Shown here: positions 25,746-36,053 of the stretch, piece by piece
Layout of the letters: each line of letters opens with the position of its first letter
Position numbering within the stretch: position 1 is the stretch's first letter
IMG/VR virus record: IMGVR_UViG_3300033493_000008
Span: 1 to 37,189 of that record
Length of the DNA stretch: 37,189 nucleotides
Direction: 5' to 3' (one strand)
Source: a virus
Taxonomy: Duplodnaviria > Caudoviricetes
Translations under genes and position numbers: made by a program
Notes under the pieces: model-generated
Seen by the model: the letters and a program-made list of their open reading frames with translations, nothing else
Databases searched by the model: none
Told to the model about the DNA's origin: nothing

Positions 25746-27977
25746 ATGGCGACGTTTACGATTCCTGATAAAGCGGCGGCAACGTCGGTTGACATCAACA
25801 ATGATAAGTTGGCCCTCTGGCAAGGATCGCCCGGCGGGCAAAAGTACATCACGCCCTCACTGCTCATAAGCGCCGTGACCGTGGGCACGCGTTCAGGGGT
25901 GCTTGCCCAGTCCATACCGGCGGCGCTTAACGCCATCAGAACGTCAGGTTACGCCGTGGCAGGCGACGGCGGCGACGCCCTCTATAAGCGCGTGGCGACC
26001 GAACCGGCGCACCCTGGTAAGGTTCAGTCGTTGGACGGCTCATGGTGGGAGATGAGCGAGGCGAACGCCAATATCCGGGCGTTTGGCGCTGATCCCACTG
26101 ACACCAACGCGAGCGATACGGCGTACAACAACGCCATGGCCTACGCCAAGGCCTTCACGCCAAGCAAGCCGCTTTACATTCCGGCGGGAATTTACCGCGT
26201 CGACGCCACGCCTACGCCGATCCCTACCGAGTTCACGATATTCGGCGACGGGCCGCACAACTCGGTGCTGCACCCGCGCATGACGGACGGTACGGCCTGC
26301 CTCAAGTTCGTCTCGGGCAACCAGGGTTGCACCTTGAAAGACTTCGGGATCAGCACCTATGCCGATTTCGCCGCCTTCAGGGCTGGCACTGCCGCGCCTA
26401 ACTGTATTGGCATTGATGCGTCTGACATTACGCTTGGGCATACCACCCGCTACATGTGGTCGAATCTGTGGGTTGACACATGTTACACAGGTGTGAAAAT
26501 TGATGGCTGGATTGGCACCATCCAGAATCTTTTCATTACTGCGTGCGATAATGGATTTGACGGTAAGGAGCTTAACGGCACCACCCTTAACCTCGTGGCT
26601 GAGAATTGCCGCAAGTCATTCGACATTGCAGACAGTTTTGCCTTGACAATGCTCACGCTTCAGGACGAAGGCGACGTGAGCGGACAAGTATCTTCGCGCC
26701 TAAACTCGTCTCATGGTGTGACGTTTATTAATCCGTACTGGGAAGCGGGCACCGTCTACCCTCGCACAACGCCATATCTTGTTATCGGCGACTTCTATAT
26801 TTGCCAGCAGGTAAGCGTTCTGGGCGGCATGGCGGAAACGATCAATCTTCCGCGCACCGTCAATCCTATCGATATCCAGTGGCTGCACGGCGGCACCTTC
26901 GAAGTCTATTGCTCCGTTGGATCAGTGGGCAGCGGCATAGGTTTGGGCGTCAAGGTTGGGAACGTCACCAACAACATTGAAGTAAGTCAGGCCAACGGTA
27001 TTGGCACGTGGGCCTACCAGGATTTCAGTTGTCAGGCGTCGCCCGACTTTAACCTTATGCCGAATCCTGAGTTTGCTGTGTGGTTGCGCGGTTATGACGC
27101 GATCAACCTGAATAACGCCACGTTTGCCCAAGACTTGTGGACTGTCAGGCGAGGTCACAATAGCGTCAAAGTTATGGCGACCGCCGGAGTTAGTGACAAC
27201 TACATTGAGTTTGTGTTGCCCGCGCTCAAACAGCCCTATAAGTCATTCTTCGGCATGACGTTCAGGGTTGGCGCGTGGATATTTATACCCGATATCACGG
27301 AATACAATGACGGCACCCTCAACAAGATTCCTGACGTTAGCATTGGGTGGACGGATAACCTCGCTGTATTCCACGAGTCAAGCACAACTCATCCCGGCAC
27401 CATCGCAACCGGCACTTGGAGCTATGTCTATGCCCTGGTGACGCCAAGCGACACTGTGGTTGACGTGCGCGTGCGGCTCTACGTCAACCGCACGGCGAAC
27501 GCCGCAACCGGCAATGAGGTGTATTACTGCGACAGCATCACCATTATGCATGCGTCGACCTCGCTTGAACGGCAAATGCGTGAGGCCTACGTCAATGACC
27601 CGTATATTCCGGCCTATGAGCACGGGACTATGCGGGCGCTGGGCAATGCGACGCCCACAGACGCCAACCAGTCATACGAACGCGGCGACATGGTGCTGAT
27701 CCAAGAGCCAGACGCCTATACGTCGCCCGGCTGGCTTTGCACCGGCGCTGGCACGGGCGCAACCGCGACGTGGTCGCGCCTGCCTGCCACAGATGGACGC
27801 GGCCTCGTGAGCGCCATGCCCTCCCTCACCGGCGCAACGTACAAGGGCGCGCGCTACTACGCCACCAACGGCCGCAACAGCGGCGAAGGCGCAGGGGCGG
27901 GTACAGGTTGCTGGGCGACGTTGAACAATGCTGGCGGCTGGATAGCCGACTGGTCTGGCGCAACCATCTTGGATTGA
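25746..27977 (+). CDS. Tailspike / receptor-binding protein with pectate-lyase-like beta-helix and a carbohydrate-binding-like domain
   Basis: 'RTSGYAVAGDGG.A.Y', 'NIRAFGA', 'LYIPAGIY' Pectate_lyase_3-like start; 'NLMPNPEF' CBM-like region; 'GWLCT..GT..TW' C-terminal motif. Confidence 0.8.
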   Translation: MATFTIPDKAAATSVDINNDKLALWQGSPGGQKYITPSLLISAVTVGTRSGVLAQSIPAALNAIRTSGYAVAGDGGDALYKRVATEPAHPGKVQSLDGSWWEMSEANANIRAFGADPTDTNASDTAYNNAMAYAKAFTPSKPLYIPAGIYRVDATPTPIPTEFTIFGDGPHNSVLHPRMTDGTACLKFVSGNQGCTLKDFGISTYADFAAFRAGTAAPNCIGIDASDITLGHTTRYMWSNLWVDTCYTGVKIDGWIGTIQNLFITACDNGFDGKELNGTTLNLVAENCRKSFDIADSFALTMLTLQDEGDVSGQVSSRLNSSHGVTFINPYWEAGTVYPRTTPYLVIGDFYICQQVSVLGGMAETINLPRTVNPIDIQWLHGGTFEVYCSVGSVGSGIGLGVKVGNVTNNIEVSQANGIGTWAYQDFSCQASPDFNLMPNPEFAVWLRGYDAINLNNATFAQDLWTVRRGHNSVKVMATAGVSDNYIEFVLPALKQPYKSFFGMTFRVGAWIFIPDITEYNDGTLNKIPDVSIGWTDNLAVFHESSTTHPGTIATGTWSYVYALVTPSDTVVDVRVRLYVNRTANAATGNEVYYCDSITIMHASTSLERQMREAYVNDPYIPAYEHGTMRALGNATPTDANQSYERGDMVLIQEPDAYTSPGWLCTGAGTGATATWSRLPATDGRGLVSAMPSLTGATYKGARYYATNGRNSGEGAGAGTGCWATLNNAGGWIADWSGATILD

Positions 27978-27984
27978 GGCTGAC

Positions 27985-29103
27985 ATGACAAACCAAAGCG
28001 ATTTGCAGGCCTCGATTCGGGCGCTAAGCGGTTCCGCGTACGACTATAACTCCGACTGGGAGACGCTTTTCGACGTCGACGCGATCCCCACGGGGCGCGA
28101 CTTCAACGGGCGGCAACTGGCGTGGCTTAACGCCGCGCTGGGCACGTTCTACCCTGACCTTTCCGGCGCCCGCGCGGCCTATGCCGCAAGCCAGGGTCTT
28201 GCCCGCTGGGATGACGTTGTGTCGCTCACCGGGCGCGCGACCAGGCGGTTTTCGTTCGTCTCGACAGGCGTGCAGTACGTCAGCCGAACCTGTGTCGCCA
28301 ACGCCGTGTCAACGGCGGCATGGACGATTGAGGGCGTCAACGTAGGCCTCAACCCTGGCACGGTCGCCCTGGCGGGTGACAAATCCGTGATCTTTGATTG
28401 CGTGCCCATTGGCCGGTTGAGCACGTTCAACTGCAACACGAACACCCTGACAGGCTCATTCCCCAACCTTCAGGGCGCAACCCAGCTTGTGACGTTGGAC
28501 GTGGGCGCTAACGCCCTCACCGGCGGCATTAGTCGGCTGGACGACTGTATCGCCCTCCAAAGCTTCGCCTGCGGCAGCAATGCGGCGTTGGGCGGCGCGA
28601 TCCCGTCGCTTGCCGGGTGCCCGGCGCTGCTCACCTGGGGATCGAGGTCTTGCGGACTCACCGGCGGGTTGCCGAGCTGGGCCAGCAATCCGCTTCTGAC
28701 CTCGGTTGACGTGGCGCTCAACAGCCTCACGGGCCCGGTGACCACCCTGAGCGGCAATCCGGCGCTTACCAGCTTCAACGCCCGAAACAATCTTCTGGAC
28801 GGCCCTATTATGTCCATGGGTGGCGCTACGGCCCTCACGGCCGTCTTCCTGTACGCCAACAAGCTGAGCGAGGTTGACGCGGCGTTCGCCGTCGCTCCGG
28901 CGCTGGGCGACTTTGAGGCGCAAGACAACCTTCTCACGCAAGCCTCGGTTGACAGAATCCTCCGGGCGTTCGTGGCGGCGGGCCGCACGACAGGCACACG
29001 CGTTCTCAACCTCGGCGGAACGGGTAACAGCGCGCCCAGCGCCACGGGCCTCACCGATAAGGCGGCCCTGGTTGCCGCCGGGTGGACGGTCACCACAAAC
29101 TAA
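27985..29103 (+). CDS. Leucine-rich-repeat protein, probably virion-associated
   Basis: About seven or eight ~23-24-aa repeats of LxxL/FxxxxNxLTGx(I/L)P type; capping 'LTQASVD.IL...GWTVTTN'. Confidence 0.8.
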   Translation: MTNQSDLQASIRALSGSAYDYNSDWETLFDVDAIPTGRDFNGRQLAWLNAALGTFYPDLSGARAAYAASQGLARWDDVVSLTGRATRRFSFVSTGVQYVSRTCVANAVSTAAWTIEGVNVGLNPGTVALAGDKSVIFDCVPIGRLSTFNCNTNTLTGSFPNLQGATQLVTLDVGANALTGGISRLDDCIALQSFACGSNAALGGAIPSLAGCPALLTWGSRSCGLTGGLPSWASNPLLTSVDVALNSLTGPVTTLSGNPALTSFNARNNLLDGPIMSMGGATALTAVFLYANKLSEVDAAFAVAPALGDFEAQDNLLTQASVDRILRAFVAAGRTTGTRVLNLGGTGNSAPSATGLTDKAALVAAGWTVTTN

Positions 29104-29114
29104 GGTTCAACACC

Positions 29115-29582
29115 ATGATATTCCCTGATTTAACCGAGAAACAGCAACGATTCTGGCAACTGTACTGCCTCTATGCGGATTCGACCAAAGCATACATGGA
29201 AGCGTACGGCAGCACCAACCGAGCAACGGCGCGTAAAGAGGGTAAGAAACTCTTAGCGAATCCTAAGATAACCTGTCGCTTTGAACGCGCCGTGACCACA
29301 GTATTCAACCGTCATGACATCAATGCCGATTGGATCATGGAACGTCTCGTTAAGATCGCCGTGGTTTGCCTCGGTGAGGTCGAAAACCCGGTGACCGCAC
29401 AGAAGATGTGGCACGCTGAGACGGCCCTCCGGGCGCTTGAGACGCTGGGCAAGTGCCAGGGCGTCAATCTGTTCAACAGCGACCAGGCGGACGACGCACG
29501 CTTTGTAATTGAAATTCCTGAAGATAAGTCGGGTGGCGACGTTGAAAAATGGGTCAAAGTCTCCCGTCGTCTGGACTCCTAA
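29115..29582 (+). CDS. terS: Terminase small subunit
   Basis: 'LTEKQQRF...TKAY..AYG....A...GKKLL.NPKI...ALRALETLGK'; directly upstream of TerL. Confidence 0.85.
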   Translation: MIFPDLTEKQQRFWQLYCLYADSTKAYMEAYGSTNRATARKEGKKLLANPKITCRFERAVTTVFNRHDINADWIMERLVKIAVVCLGEVENPVTAQKMWHAETALRALETLGKCQGVNLFNSDQADDARFVIEIPEDKSGGDVEKWVKVSRRLDS

Positions 29583-31002
29583 CAAGGGCCCTCAAACGTG
29601 GCTGATGACTTGCCCGGCTGACGAAATATTCTTCGGCGGGTCACGTGGGGGTGGTAAAACAGACGGAATGCTGGGCAAGCATTTAGTGAAGGCGCAAAAG
29701 TACGGCGAAGATTGCATTGGCATTTTCTTTCGCCGTACTTTTGTAGAGCTTAAAGAGGTTATCGAACGCAGCAAAAAGATATATTCGAAGATTGGCGCTA
29801 AGTATGTCAAAAGTGAAAAGGAATGGAAGTTTCCCGGCGGCGCTCGGCTGAAGTTCGCTTACCTTGATAACGATGACGACGCGGACAATTACCAGGGCCA
29901 CAGCTACACCGATATCTATTTTGAAGAGCTGCCTCACTGGCCCAGTGAGACGCCAATCAAAAAGCTCAAGGCGACGCTAAGAAGCGGTGCGGGCGTTCCA
30001 TGCCAGTTCAACGCGACCGGCAACCCTGGCGGCCCTGGCGCAAGTTGGATCAAGGCGCGTTACATTGACCCAAATCCCTTGGGCATGAGCGTGATCTATG
30101 AAGACTTCACAAATCCATTCGACGGCAGCGTTACCCGCAAGTCGCGTGTCTTTATTCCCTCAAGCGTGGTCGATAATCCATACCTCGGCGGCGAATATAT
30201 CGCAGGGCTTCAACAGTCGGGATCGGAGGCCCTGGTCAAAGCGTGGTTGCTGGGCGACTGGTCAGCCATCGAAGGCGCTTACTTTAGCGAGTTCTCAAAC
30301 TATCGCCACGTGCTAGCGCCTTGCGAGTTGCCCTCGTGGTGGACGCGGTTTAGGGCGATGGACTGGGGCAGCGCCAAGCCGTTTAGCGTCCACTGGTACG
30401 CCGTGGTGGGTGAGGATTGGCAGCATCCAGACGGATCGATCCTCCCGAAGGGCGCGTTGATCGCCTATCGGGAATTCTACGGATGGAACGGTCAACCCAA
30501 TGTGGGGCTTAAACTTACCGCCGAAGCGGTCGCCGCCGAGATTCTCAAACGGGAGAAGGGCGACCATCTGTCGCCCGGCGCAAGCGTGATCGATCCGGCG
30601 GCGTTCGCCGAGGATGGCGGCCCGAGCATCGCCGAACGCATGAGCGACGTGGGCGTATGGTTCCGTCGGGCCGACAACAAGCGCACGGGCAAAAATGGCG
30701 GTTGGGATATGCTGCGCCGCCGCCTAGTCGGGGATGACGAAGGCAACCCGATGCTATATTTCTTCAGCACCTGTACGCATGCGATCCGGACGCTGCCCAT
30801 GTTGCAGCACGACAAGACGAACGCTGAAGACCTGGATAGCGACATGGAAGACCACGCGGCGGATGAAATTCGCTATGGTGTGATGAGTCGCCCATGGGCT
30901 AAGGTCAAGCCTCAGACGGCTGAAGACGCGTTAAAGCGGGCCCAGCGCCCGATGACCTTTGACGACTTACACAAATCAATTCATAGAAGGTCCAACCTAT
31001 GA
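29509..31002 (+). CDS. terL: Terminase large subunit
   Basis: 'FFGGSRGGGKT', 'YQGHSY..IYFEE', 'TGNPGG', 'MDWGS', 'EDHAADE.RY'; start may be 29542. Confidence 0.93.
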   Translation: MKFLKISRVATLKNGSKSPVVWTPNKGPQTWLMTCPADEIFFGGSRGGGKTDGMLGKHLVKAQKYGEDCIGIFFRRTFVELKEVIERSKKIYSKIGAKYVKSEKEWKFPGGARLKFAYLDNDDDADNYQGHSYTDIYFEELPHWPSETPIKKLKATLRSGAGVPCQFNATGNPGGPGASWIKARYIDPNPLGMSVIYEDFTNPFDGSVTRKSRVFIPSSVVDNPYLGGEYIAGLQQSGSEALVKAWLLGDWSAIEGAYFSEFSNYRHVLAPCELPSWWTRFRAMDWGSAKPFSVHWYAVVGEDWQHPDGSILPKGALIAYREFYGWNGQPNVGLKLTAEAVAAEILKREKGDHLSPGASVIDPAAFAEDGGPSIAERMSDVGVWFRRADNKRTGKNGGWDMLRRRLVGDDEGNPMLYFFSTCTHAIRTLPMLQHDKTNAEDLDSDMEDHAADEIRYGVMSRPWAKVKPQTAEDALKRAQRPMTFDDLHKSIHRRSNL

Positions 31003-31298
31003 CGGATGAAATTTTAGGCAAGCGGCCCGGCGCCGGAATGACTGGCGACGCCCTGGTTGCGTTCTGCGACGGCCCGATAATAACCGTGGTCCGAGGGTTG
31101 CTCGTGAGCATGCCCGCTGGCGTCGACCCGCGCGACGTGAGCGCCGCCATCGCCACGAGCATGGGCAGGGCCATGAGCAGTATCACGGCGACCGGCGACG
31201 CGGGCGTTACCCTGGCGTTGCGGCGTAACGCCAAAGGGGCATTTGACGCGGCGACAAACAACTTTGTGCCGTCCATTCAGGGGATTAGGAAACAATGA
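30999..31298 (+). CDS. Hypothetical protein
   Basis: ATGA overlaps with TerL and the portal gene. Confidence 0.65.
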   Translation: MTDEILGKRPGAGMTGDALVAFCDGPIITVVRGLLVSMPAGVDPRDVSAAIATSMGRAMSSITATGDAGVTLALRRNAKGAFDAATNNFVPSIQGIRKQ

Positions 31299-33427
31299 GC
31301 AATAGCGCGATGGCGGGCGACGAGGCGGTTGCTAAAAACGATCCGGACGACAGGCCCATAAAGAAGGGTGATGAGGCGGCCCGCTGGCTGGCGGCTGTCA
31401 AAGCATCGGGCGCGCGCGAGTCCAAATGGCGCAAGAAGGGTCTGGATATCGTTGCTCGCTATCGCGCTGAAGAGATGTTGGAGCTGTACACGAGCAAGCC
31501 AACCGAGAAGAAAATCAATATCTTGTACAGCAACACGGATGTTTTGCTGTCTCACCTATGCGTCGACCTGGGAACGCCCGATGTGCGGCGCATGTTCCCC
31601 CGGCCGGGCCGCAAGACTCAGATCGCCCGCCTCAGCGCCGAGGTGTTGGAAAAGACCATGGTCGCCGAGGGCCATGCATGCGACTCCGGCAAAGAATTTG
31701 AAGACGCCATTGAAGACGCGGTGCTCCCAGGACGCGGCCAAGTGTGGCTTGACCTTGACGAAGTCGAGTCGCCCAAGCCTGACATGACGTGGTTTAAAGC
31801 TGAGATTTGTCACGTGGACTGGGATATGTTTCGCACTGGGCCCGCTCGCAAGTGGCGTGAAGTCCCGTGGGTTGCTCGTGGTCACCTATTCGACAAAGAA
31901 GACCTTGAGGATAAGTTCGGCGACTTCGCCAAGGATATTCCGCTCAACTATGAGCTTGAGAACAACTCAGAGCAGACCAAGCAAAGCGTGACCGGCACGG
32001 GTCGCGAGTCAATAGAACGCGCGCTTGTGTGGGAGATTTGGGACAAGCACTCCCAGTGCAGACTTTACGTTGCTGAGGATTTCCCGAAGATACTTCGAAG
32101 CGATGTTGATCCGTTCAGGCTTGAAGGGTTTTTCCCTTGCCCCGAGCCGCTCTATATGATCAAGACGACTAAAACCATGATTCCCGTCCCGTTGTTCGTG
32201 CAATACGAGCATCAGGCCAACGAACTTAATCGTCTGACGACTCGCTCTAATCGCCTCACCGAGTCGCTCAAGTACTGCGGTCTGTATGGGGCGTTGGGTG
32301 ACGACACATTAAAGGACATCGGTAACCTTGAAGACGGCGAATTCATTCCGTTCAAGAACTTTGCTGCGTTACAGCAATCTGGCGGACTTGCGCAAGCCTT
32401 TATGGTACGGGACATTAGCCAAATTGTTCCGGCGCTTCAGGCGGTAGACGCCAAGATAGACTTGCTCGTACAGCGTATTTACGAGATATCGGGCATCAGC
32501 GACATTATGCGTGGCGAGAGCAATCCCGACACGACAGCAACCGCCGAACGGTTCAAGGCGCGCTTCGGATCGCAGCGTTCCAACCGGCGCTCGCGACAGG
32601 TGCAGCGATTTGTTCGGAACGCTTACCGGATCAAAGCCGAACTGGTCGCCGAGCATTACAGCCCTGAACAGTTGAGCGAAATCACGGGCATACCATTGCC
32701 CACAAAGCTTGCCCAGCAACAGGCCCAGCAGCAACTTCAGATGATCCAGGGTCAGGCCGCGCAAATGCAGGCGGCGGGCATGCCAGCGCCTCAGCCTGAC
32801 CCGCAGATGGTGGAAGACCTGCAAGCGGCGGCTGAGGCGACGCCCTGGGAAGACGTTGGCGGCGTCATCCGTTCGAACGCCCGGCGGCTGTTCATGGTCG
32901 ACGTGGAAACGGACGACACGGCGGCTGATGACGATGTTGAGACACAAGAGCAAGCCCTGGCGTTCATGGGCGCGATGTTCACGACGCTTCAGAGCATCGG
33001 CCCGGCGGTCGCCGCCAAGCCGGAGCTTCTGCCCCTGGCCAAGGAGTTGGTGACCTTCACGGCCAACGCCTTCAAGGTTGGTCAGGCCTTTGACGACGCC
33101 ATCAATGACGTTTTCGACAAACTGGCCAAAGCGCCGCCGCCACCCGCCGCGCCCGCCGATCCGGTCGCCGCCGCTCAGGCGGCCCTGGTGCAGGTGCAGA
33201 CACAGAAGGCGCAAGCCGACATTGGGATAAGCCAGCAGAAGGCGCAGGCTGACCTACAGGCCAAGACGCAAGCCGCCGCTATAGACGTTCAGATCAAGCA
33301 AATCGAGCTTCAGATTAAGAAAATGGAGCTTCAGATTAAACAAGAGGAAGTGCAGACCAGAGCAGTAGGGAATCAGATAGACCTGCAACAGAAAGTCCAA
33401 CAACATGAAACCAGACCAATTGCGTGA
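31295..33427 (+). CDS. Portal protein
   Basis: 710 aa after TerL; 'NILYSN', 'FFPCPEP', 'YEISGISDIMRG', Q-rich C-terminal barrel-like coiled coil. Confidence 0.85.
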   Translation: MSNSAMAGDEAVAKNDPDDRPIKKGDEAARWLAAVKASGARESKWRKKGLDIVARYRAEEMLELYTSKPTEKKINILYSNTDVLLSHLCVDLGTPDVRRMFPRPGRKTQIARLSAEVLEKTMVAEGHACDSGKEFEDAIEDAVLPGRGQVWLDLDEVESPKPDMTWFKAEICHVDWDMFRTGPARKWREVPWVARGHLFDKEDLEDKFGDFAKDIPLNYELENNSEQTKQSVTGTGRESIERALVWEIWDKHSQCRLYVAEDFPKILRSDVDPFRLEGFFPCPEPLYMIKTTKTMIPVPLFVQYEHQANELNRLTTRSNRLTESLKYCGLYGALGDDTLKDIGNLEDGEFIPFKNFAALQQSGGLAQAFMVRDISQIVPALQAVDAKIDLLVQRIYEISGISDIMRGESNPDTTATAERFKARFGSQRSNRRSRQVQRFVRNAYRIKAELVAEHYSPEQLSEITGIPLPTKLAQQQAQQQLQMIQGQAAQMQAAGMPAPQPDPQMVEDLQAAAEATPWEDVGGVIRSNARRLFMVDVETDDTAADDDVETQEQALAFMGAMFTTLQSIGPAVAAKPELLPLAKELVTFTANAFKVGQAFDDAINDVFDKLAKAPPPPAAPADPVAAAQAALVQVQTQKAQADIGISQQKAQADLQAKTQAAAIDVQIKQIELQIKKMELQIKQEEVQTRAVGNQIDLQQKVQQHETRPIA

Positions 33428-33719
33428 CGGTGTGCTTGCTGAGGATGGCAAGTTCTTCAGCACACACTCAATCCTGAGCAATGATACTCGTGGCACCATG
33501 ATGCAACATATCATTGACCAGTGGCTTAATCACCCGGATCGCAAGATTAAGACGGAGCTTAGTCTTGCGGACTGGCAGATGCTGCGCACCGAGCTTGACG
33601 AATGGATGATGAATAATTGGGGCGCGATCCGTCGTTTTGATGTTGAGTGCATCGAAAATCACCCGGTGATTATCTACCTGGGTGAGCATTTCACGATTGA
33701 GGGGGAGGATGCGCCATGA
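33405..33719 (+). CDS. Hypothetical protein
   Basis: 104 aa; overlaps both neighbours. Confidence 0.55.
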   Translation: MKPDQLRDGVLAEDGKFFSTHSILSNDTRGTMMQHIIDQWLNHPDRKIKTELSLADWQMLRTELDEWMMNNWGAIRRFDVECIENHPVIIYLGEHFTIEGEDAP

Positions 33720-34027
33720 CCCGCTTTCTCATGCGCTGGCGCTCAGACGGCACCAGCTATATCCCCGATCCCGACGCCAAGCCGCTCAGGGTCGCCGCGC
33801 CCTACGTCATGGGCGACCTTGACCGGGCGTACGGCGGCGACGGCTTCAAGTCGCCCGTGACAGGTGAGCAAATCACTTCGCGTTCCCAGTTGCGGGAACA
33901 CAACATTCAGCATAATGTACGCCAGTATGGTGACGTTTCCCTTGACCAGCATGCGGCTGAGGTAGAAGCGCACTATGACGTTGGTCCAACACCAGGGGTT
34001 GATTTTCAATGGACGAAACCAGAGTAG
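33716..34027 (+). CDS. Head-module hypothetical protein
   Basis: GGAGG RBS; 'FKSPVTGEQITSRSQLREHN' motif typical of genes between portal and scaffold. Confidence 0.7.
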   Translation: MTRFLMRWRSDGTSYIPDPDAKPLRVAAPYVMGDLDRAYGGDGFKSPVTGEQITSRSQLREHNIQHNVRQYGDVSLDQHAAEVEAHYDVGPTPGVDFQWTKPE

Positions 34028-35067
34028 AAGATGACGGCGAAGACGAGAAGTCGCTCAGCGATATTCTGAACTCAGCCATTGAAGTTGCCCACACTACGCG
34101 TGAAGACACTGAAGTTGCCCCTAGTTCTGACGAAGCGAAAGACTCGCCAATCGTCCAGAAGGACGCGCCAACTGAGACAATTAAAGCAGCGAAGACGGAA
34201 TCCGAGACTACTCCGGATAATCCCTTTGCGCCCAAACATTGGACTGAGGCTGAAAAAGCGGCGTTTGCGAAAGCACCCCCAGAGGTTCAACAGGCGATCA
34301 ATACGCTTGTCAAGAATCTTCAGAAGGGCTTTACACAAAAAGCCATGGCGGCGGCTGAATCCAGAAAGTTTGTTGAAGGTGTACAGACGGCGTTTCAACC
34401 GCATCACCGCTCAGAAATGGCGCGGTATGGTCTGGACGAAGTGTCGACTGTAAAAGAGCTGTTGAAGTTGCAGGATCATTACACACGCGACCCTATCGGT
34501 TACGTGAAAATGGTGATGCGCTCGAAAGGCATTACACCCCAACAACTTGGTTTTGCGCAACCCCCTGTTGATCCGTATGCCCCTGACCCTGTCGGGAGCA
34601 CCGTGTCACCTGAGGTTGCTCAGATGCAAAGTGAATTGGCGGCTCTAAAAGGAGTATTACAGCAGGCGGCGAATACAAATGTTGATCGCAGCACCAAATT
34701 AGCCGAGCAAGTTGTCTTGAACTTTGCTCACGAGACTGATGATTCGGGCAATCTAACGCGACCGCATTTTGATTCTCTTCAACCTCAGATCGCTTACATC
34801 TTGCAAAATGATCCTGATATCATGGACATTGAGGATGCGGCGGAACGTCTTGGCGCGGCCTATGATCGCGCCGCTTGGTCGCACCCCACGGTGCGCAATG
34901 AACTCATTGCGCGGGATGAGGCGGCTAAGCGCCAGACTTGGGAAACCGAACGCAGTAAAAACGCGCTATCGGTCAAGCCTAGGGTTGGCGGCGCAGCAAG
35001 AAGGGTTGAGGGCCGCATGTCGCTGGAAGACTCCCTTAGTGAAGCCATGAGATTACATGGACAATAA
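34009..35067 (+). CDS. Capsid scaffolding protein
   Basis: Acidic N-terminus, 'APKHWT', 'AYDRAAW..P..R', 'SLEDSL' end; directly before the capsid gene. Confidence 0.8.
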   Translation: MDETRVEDDGEDEKSLSDILNSAIEVAHTTREDTEVAPSSDEAKDSPIVQKDAPTETIKAAKTESETTPDNPFAPKHWTEAEKAAFAKAPPEVQQAINTLVKNLQKGFTQKAMAAAESRKFVEGVQTAFQPHHRSEMARYGLDEVSTVKELLKLQDHYTRDPIGYVKMVMRSKGITPQQLGFAQPPVDPYAPDPVGSTVSPEVAQMQSELAALKGVLQQAANTNVDRSTKLAEQVVLNFAHETDDSGNLTRPHFDSLQPQIAYILQNDPDIMDIEDAAERLGAAYDRAAWSHPTVRNELIARDEAAKRQTWETERSKNALSVKPRVGGAARRVEGRMSLEDSLSEAMRLHGQ

Positions 35068-35079
35068 GGATTCCGAAAT

Positions 35080-36045
35080 ATGGCTTTTCCATCAAGCGTG
35101 TGGACGGAAATTACCGCTACTACACTGGCAAACTACCGCAAGACCCTTGCGGATAACGTTCTGAAGCATAACCCCTTGCTGAATAAGCTCAGCGAGCGCG
35201 GGAATGTTGATCCTGCGGATGGCGGTTACACCATCCTTGAGAACCTGATGTACGCTGAAAACGGCACTTTCCAGTGGTATGCTGGATATCAACAGCTCAA
35301 CATCAGCGCCAGCGACGTGATCAGCTCGGCGGCGTACGATTGGAAACAGGCTAACGCCAACGTCTCCATTTCGGGCCGTGAGCAGATGATTAACGCCGGG
35401 CGGGCCGCTCAGTTTGACCTTGTCAAGTCGCGCATCCTGGTCGCCGAAAAGACCATGAAGAACAACGTCTCAGCGTCGCTCTTCTACTCCAACACCGAGT
35501 CGGGCGGACTCGCCATCGGCGGCTTGCAGTTTCTGGTGCCTGACCTGCCAACCTCCGGCACTGTCGGCGGAATCGACGCCGCCGCCCAGACTTGGTGGCA
35601 GTCGCAGTACTACGACTTTAGTACGGCTGGTGTGACCGCCAGTTCGTCGACCATCCAGCACGCAATGAACCTGATCTATCTACAGACCTTGCGCGGACGC
35701 GACGAAGTCGACCTGATCTTGTCGGGCAAGACGTACTATACGTATTACTGGGAGTCGCTTCAAGCCCAGCAGCGCTTTACCCAGTCGGAGAAGGCGAAAG
35801 CCGGTTTCCCTGGTGGCCTCAAGTACATGAACGCCGATGTTTTCTATGATCCTTCGGAAACCACCGGCACCCGCATGTATATGTTGGATACTGAATACTT
35901 CCATTTCCGCCCTCACAAAGAGCGGAATTTCATCACTGACCCTGAAAAGGCGTCGGTTAACCAGGATGCTATCGTTATCCCGCTGTATTGGGGTGGTAAC
36001 CTGACCTGTAGCAACCGGTCGTTGCAGGGCGTCATTTGCGCCTAA
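35080..36045 (+). CDS. Major capsid protein
   Basis: 321 aa; 'TEITATTL.NY...LADNV...NPLL', 'YDWKQ', 'GNLTCSNR.LQGV'; position after the scaffold. Confidence 0.88.
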   Translation: MAFPSSVWTEITATTLANYRKTLADNVLKHNPLLNKLSERGNVDPADGGYTILENLMYAENGTFQWYAGYQQLNISASDVISSAAYDWKQANANVSISGREQMINAGRAAQFDLVKSRILVAEKTMKNNVSASLFYSNTESGGLAIGGLQFLVPDLPTSGTVGGIDAAAQTWWQSQYYDFSTAGVTASSSTIQHAMNLIYLQTLRGRDEVDLILSGKTYYTYYWESLQAQQRFTQSEKAKAGFPGGLKYMNADVFYDPSETTGTRMYMLDTEYFHFRPHKERNFITDPEKASVNQDAIVIPLYWGGNLTCSNRSLQGVICA

Positions 36046-36053
36046 TCTAAACC

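Noticed and set aside
29509-29582. Programmed frameshift fusing TerS and TerL
   Set aside because: No clear slippery heptamer; an ordinary overlap with a TTG start is sufficient
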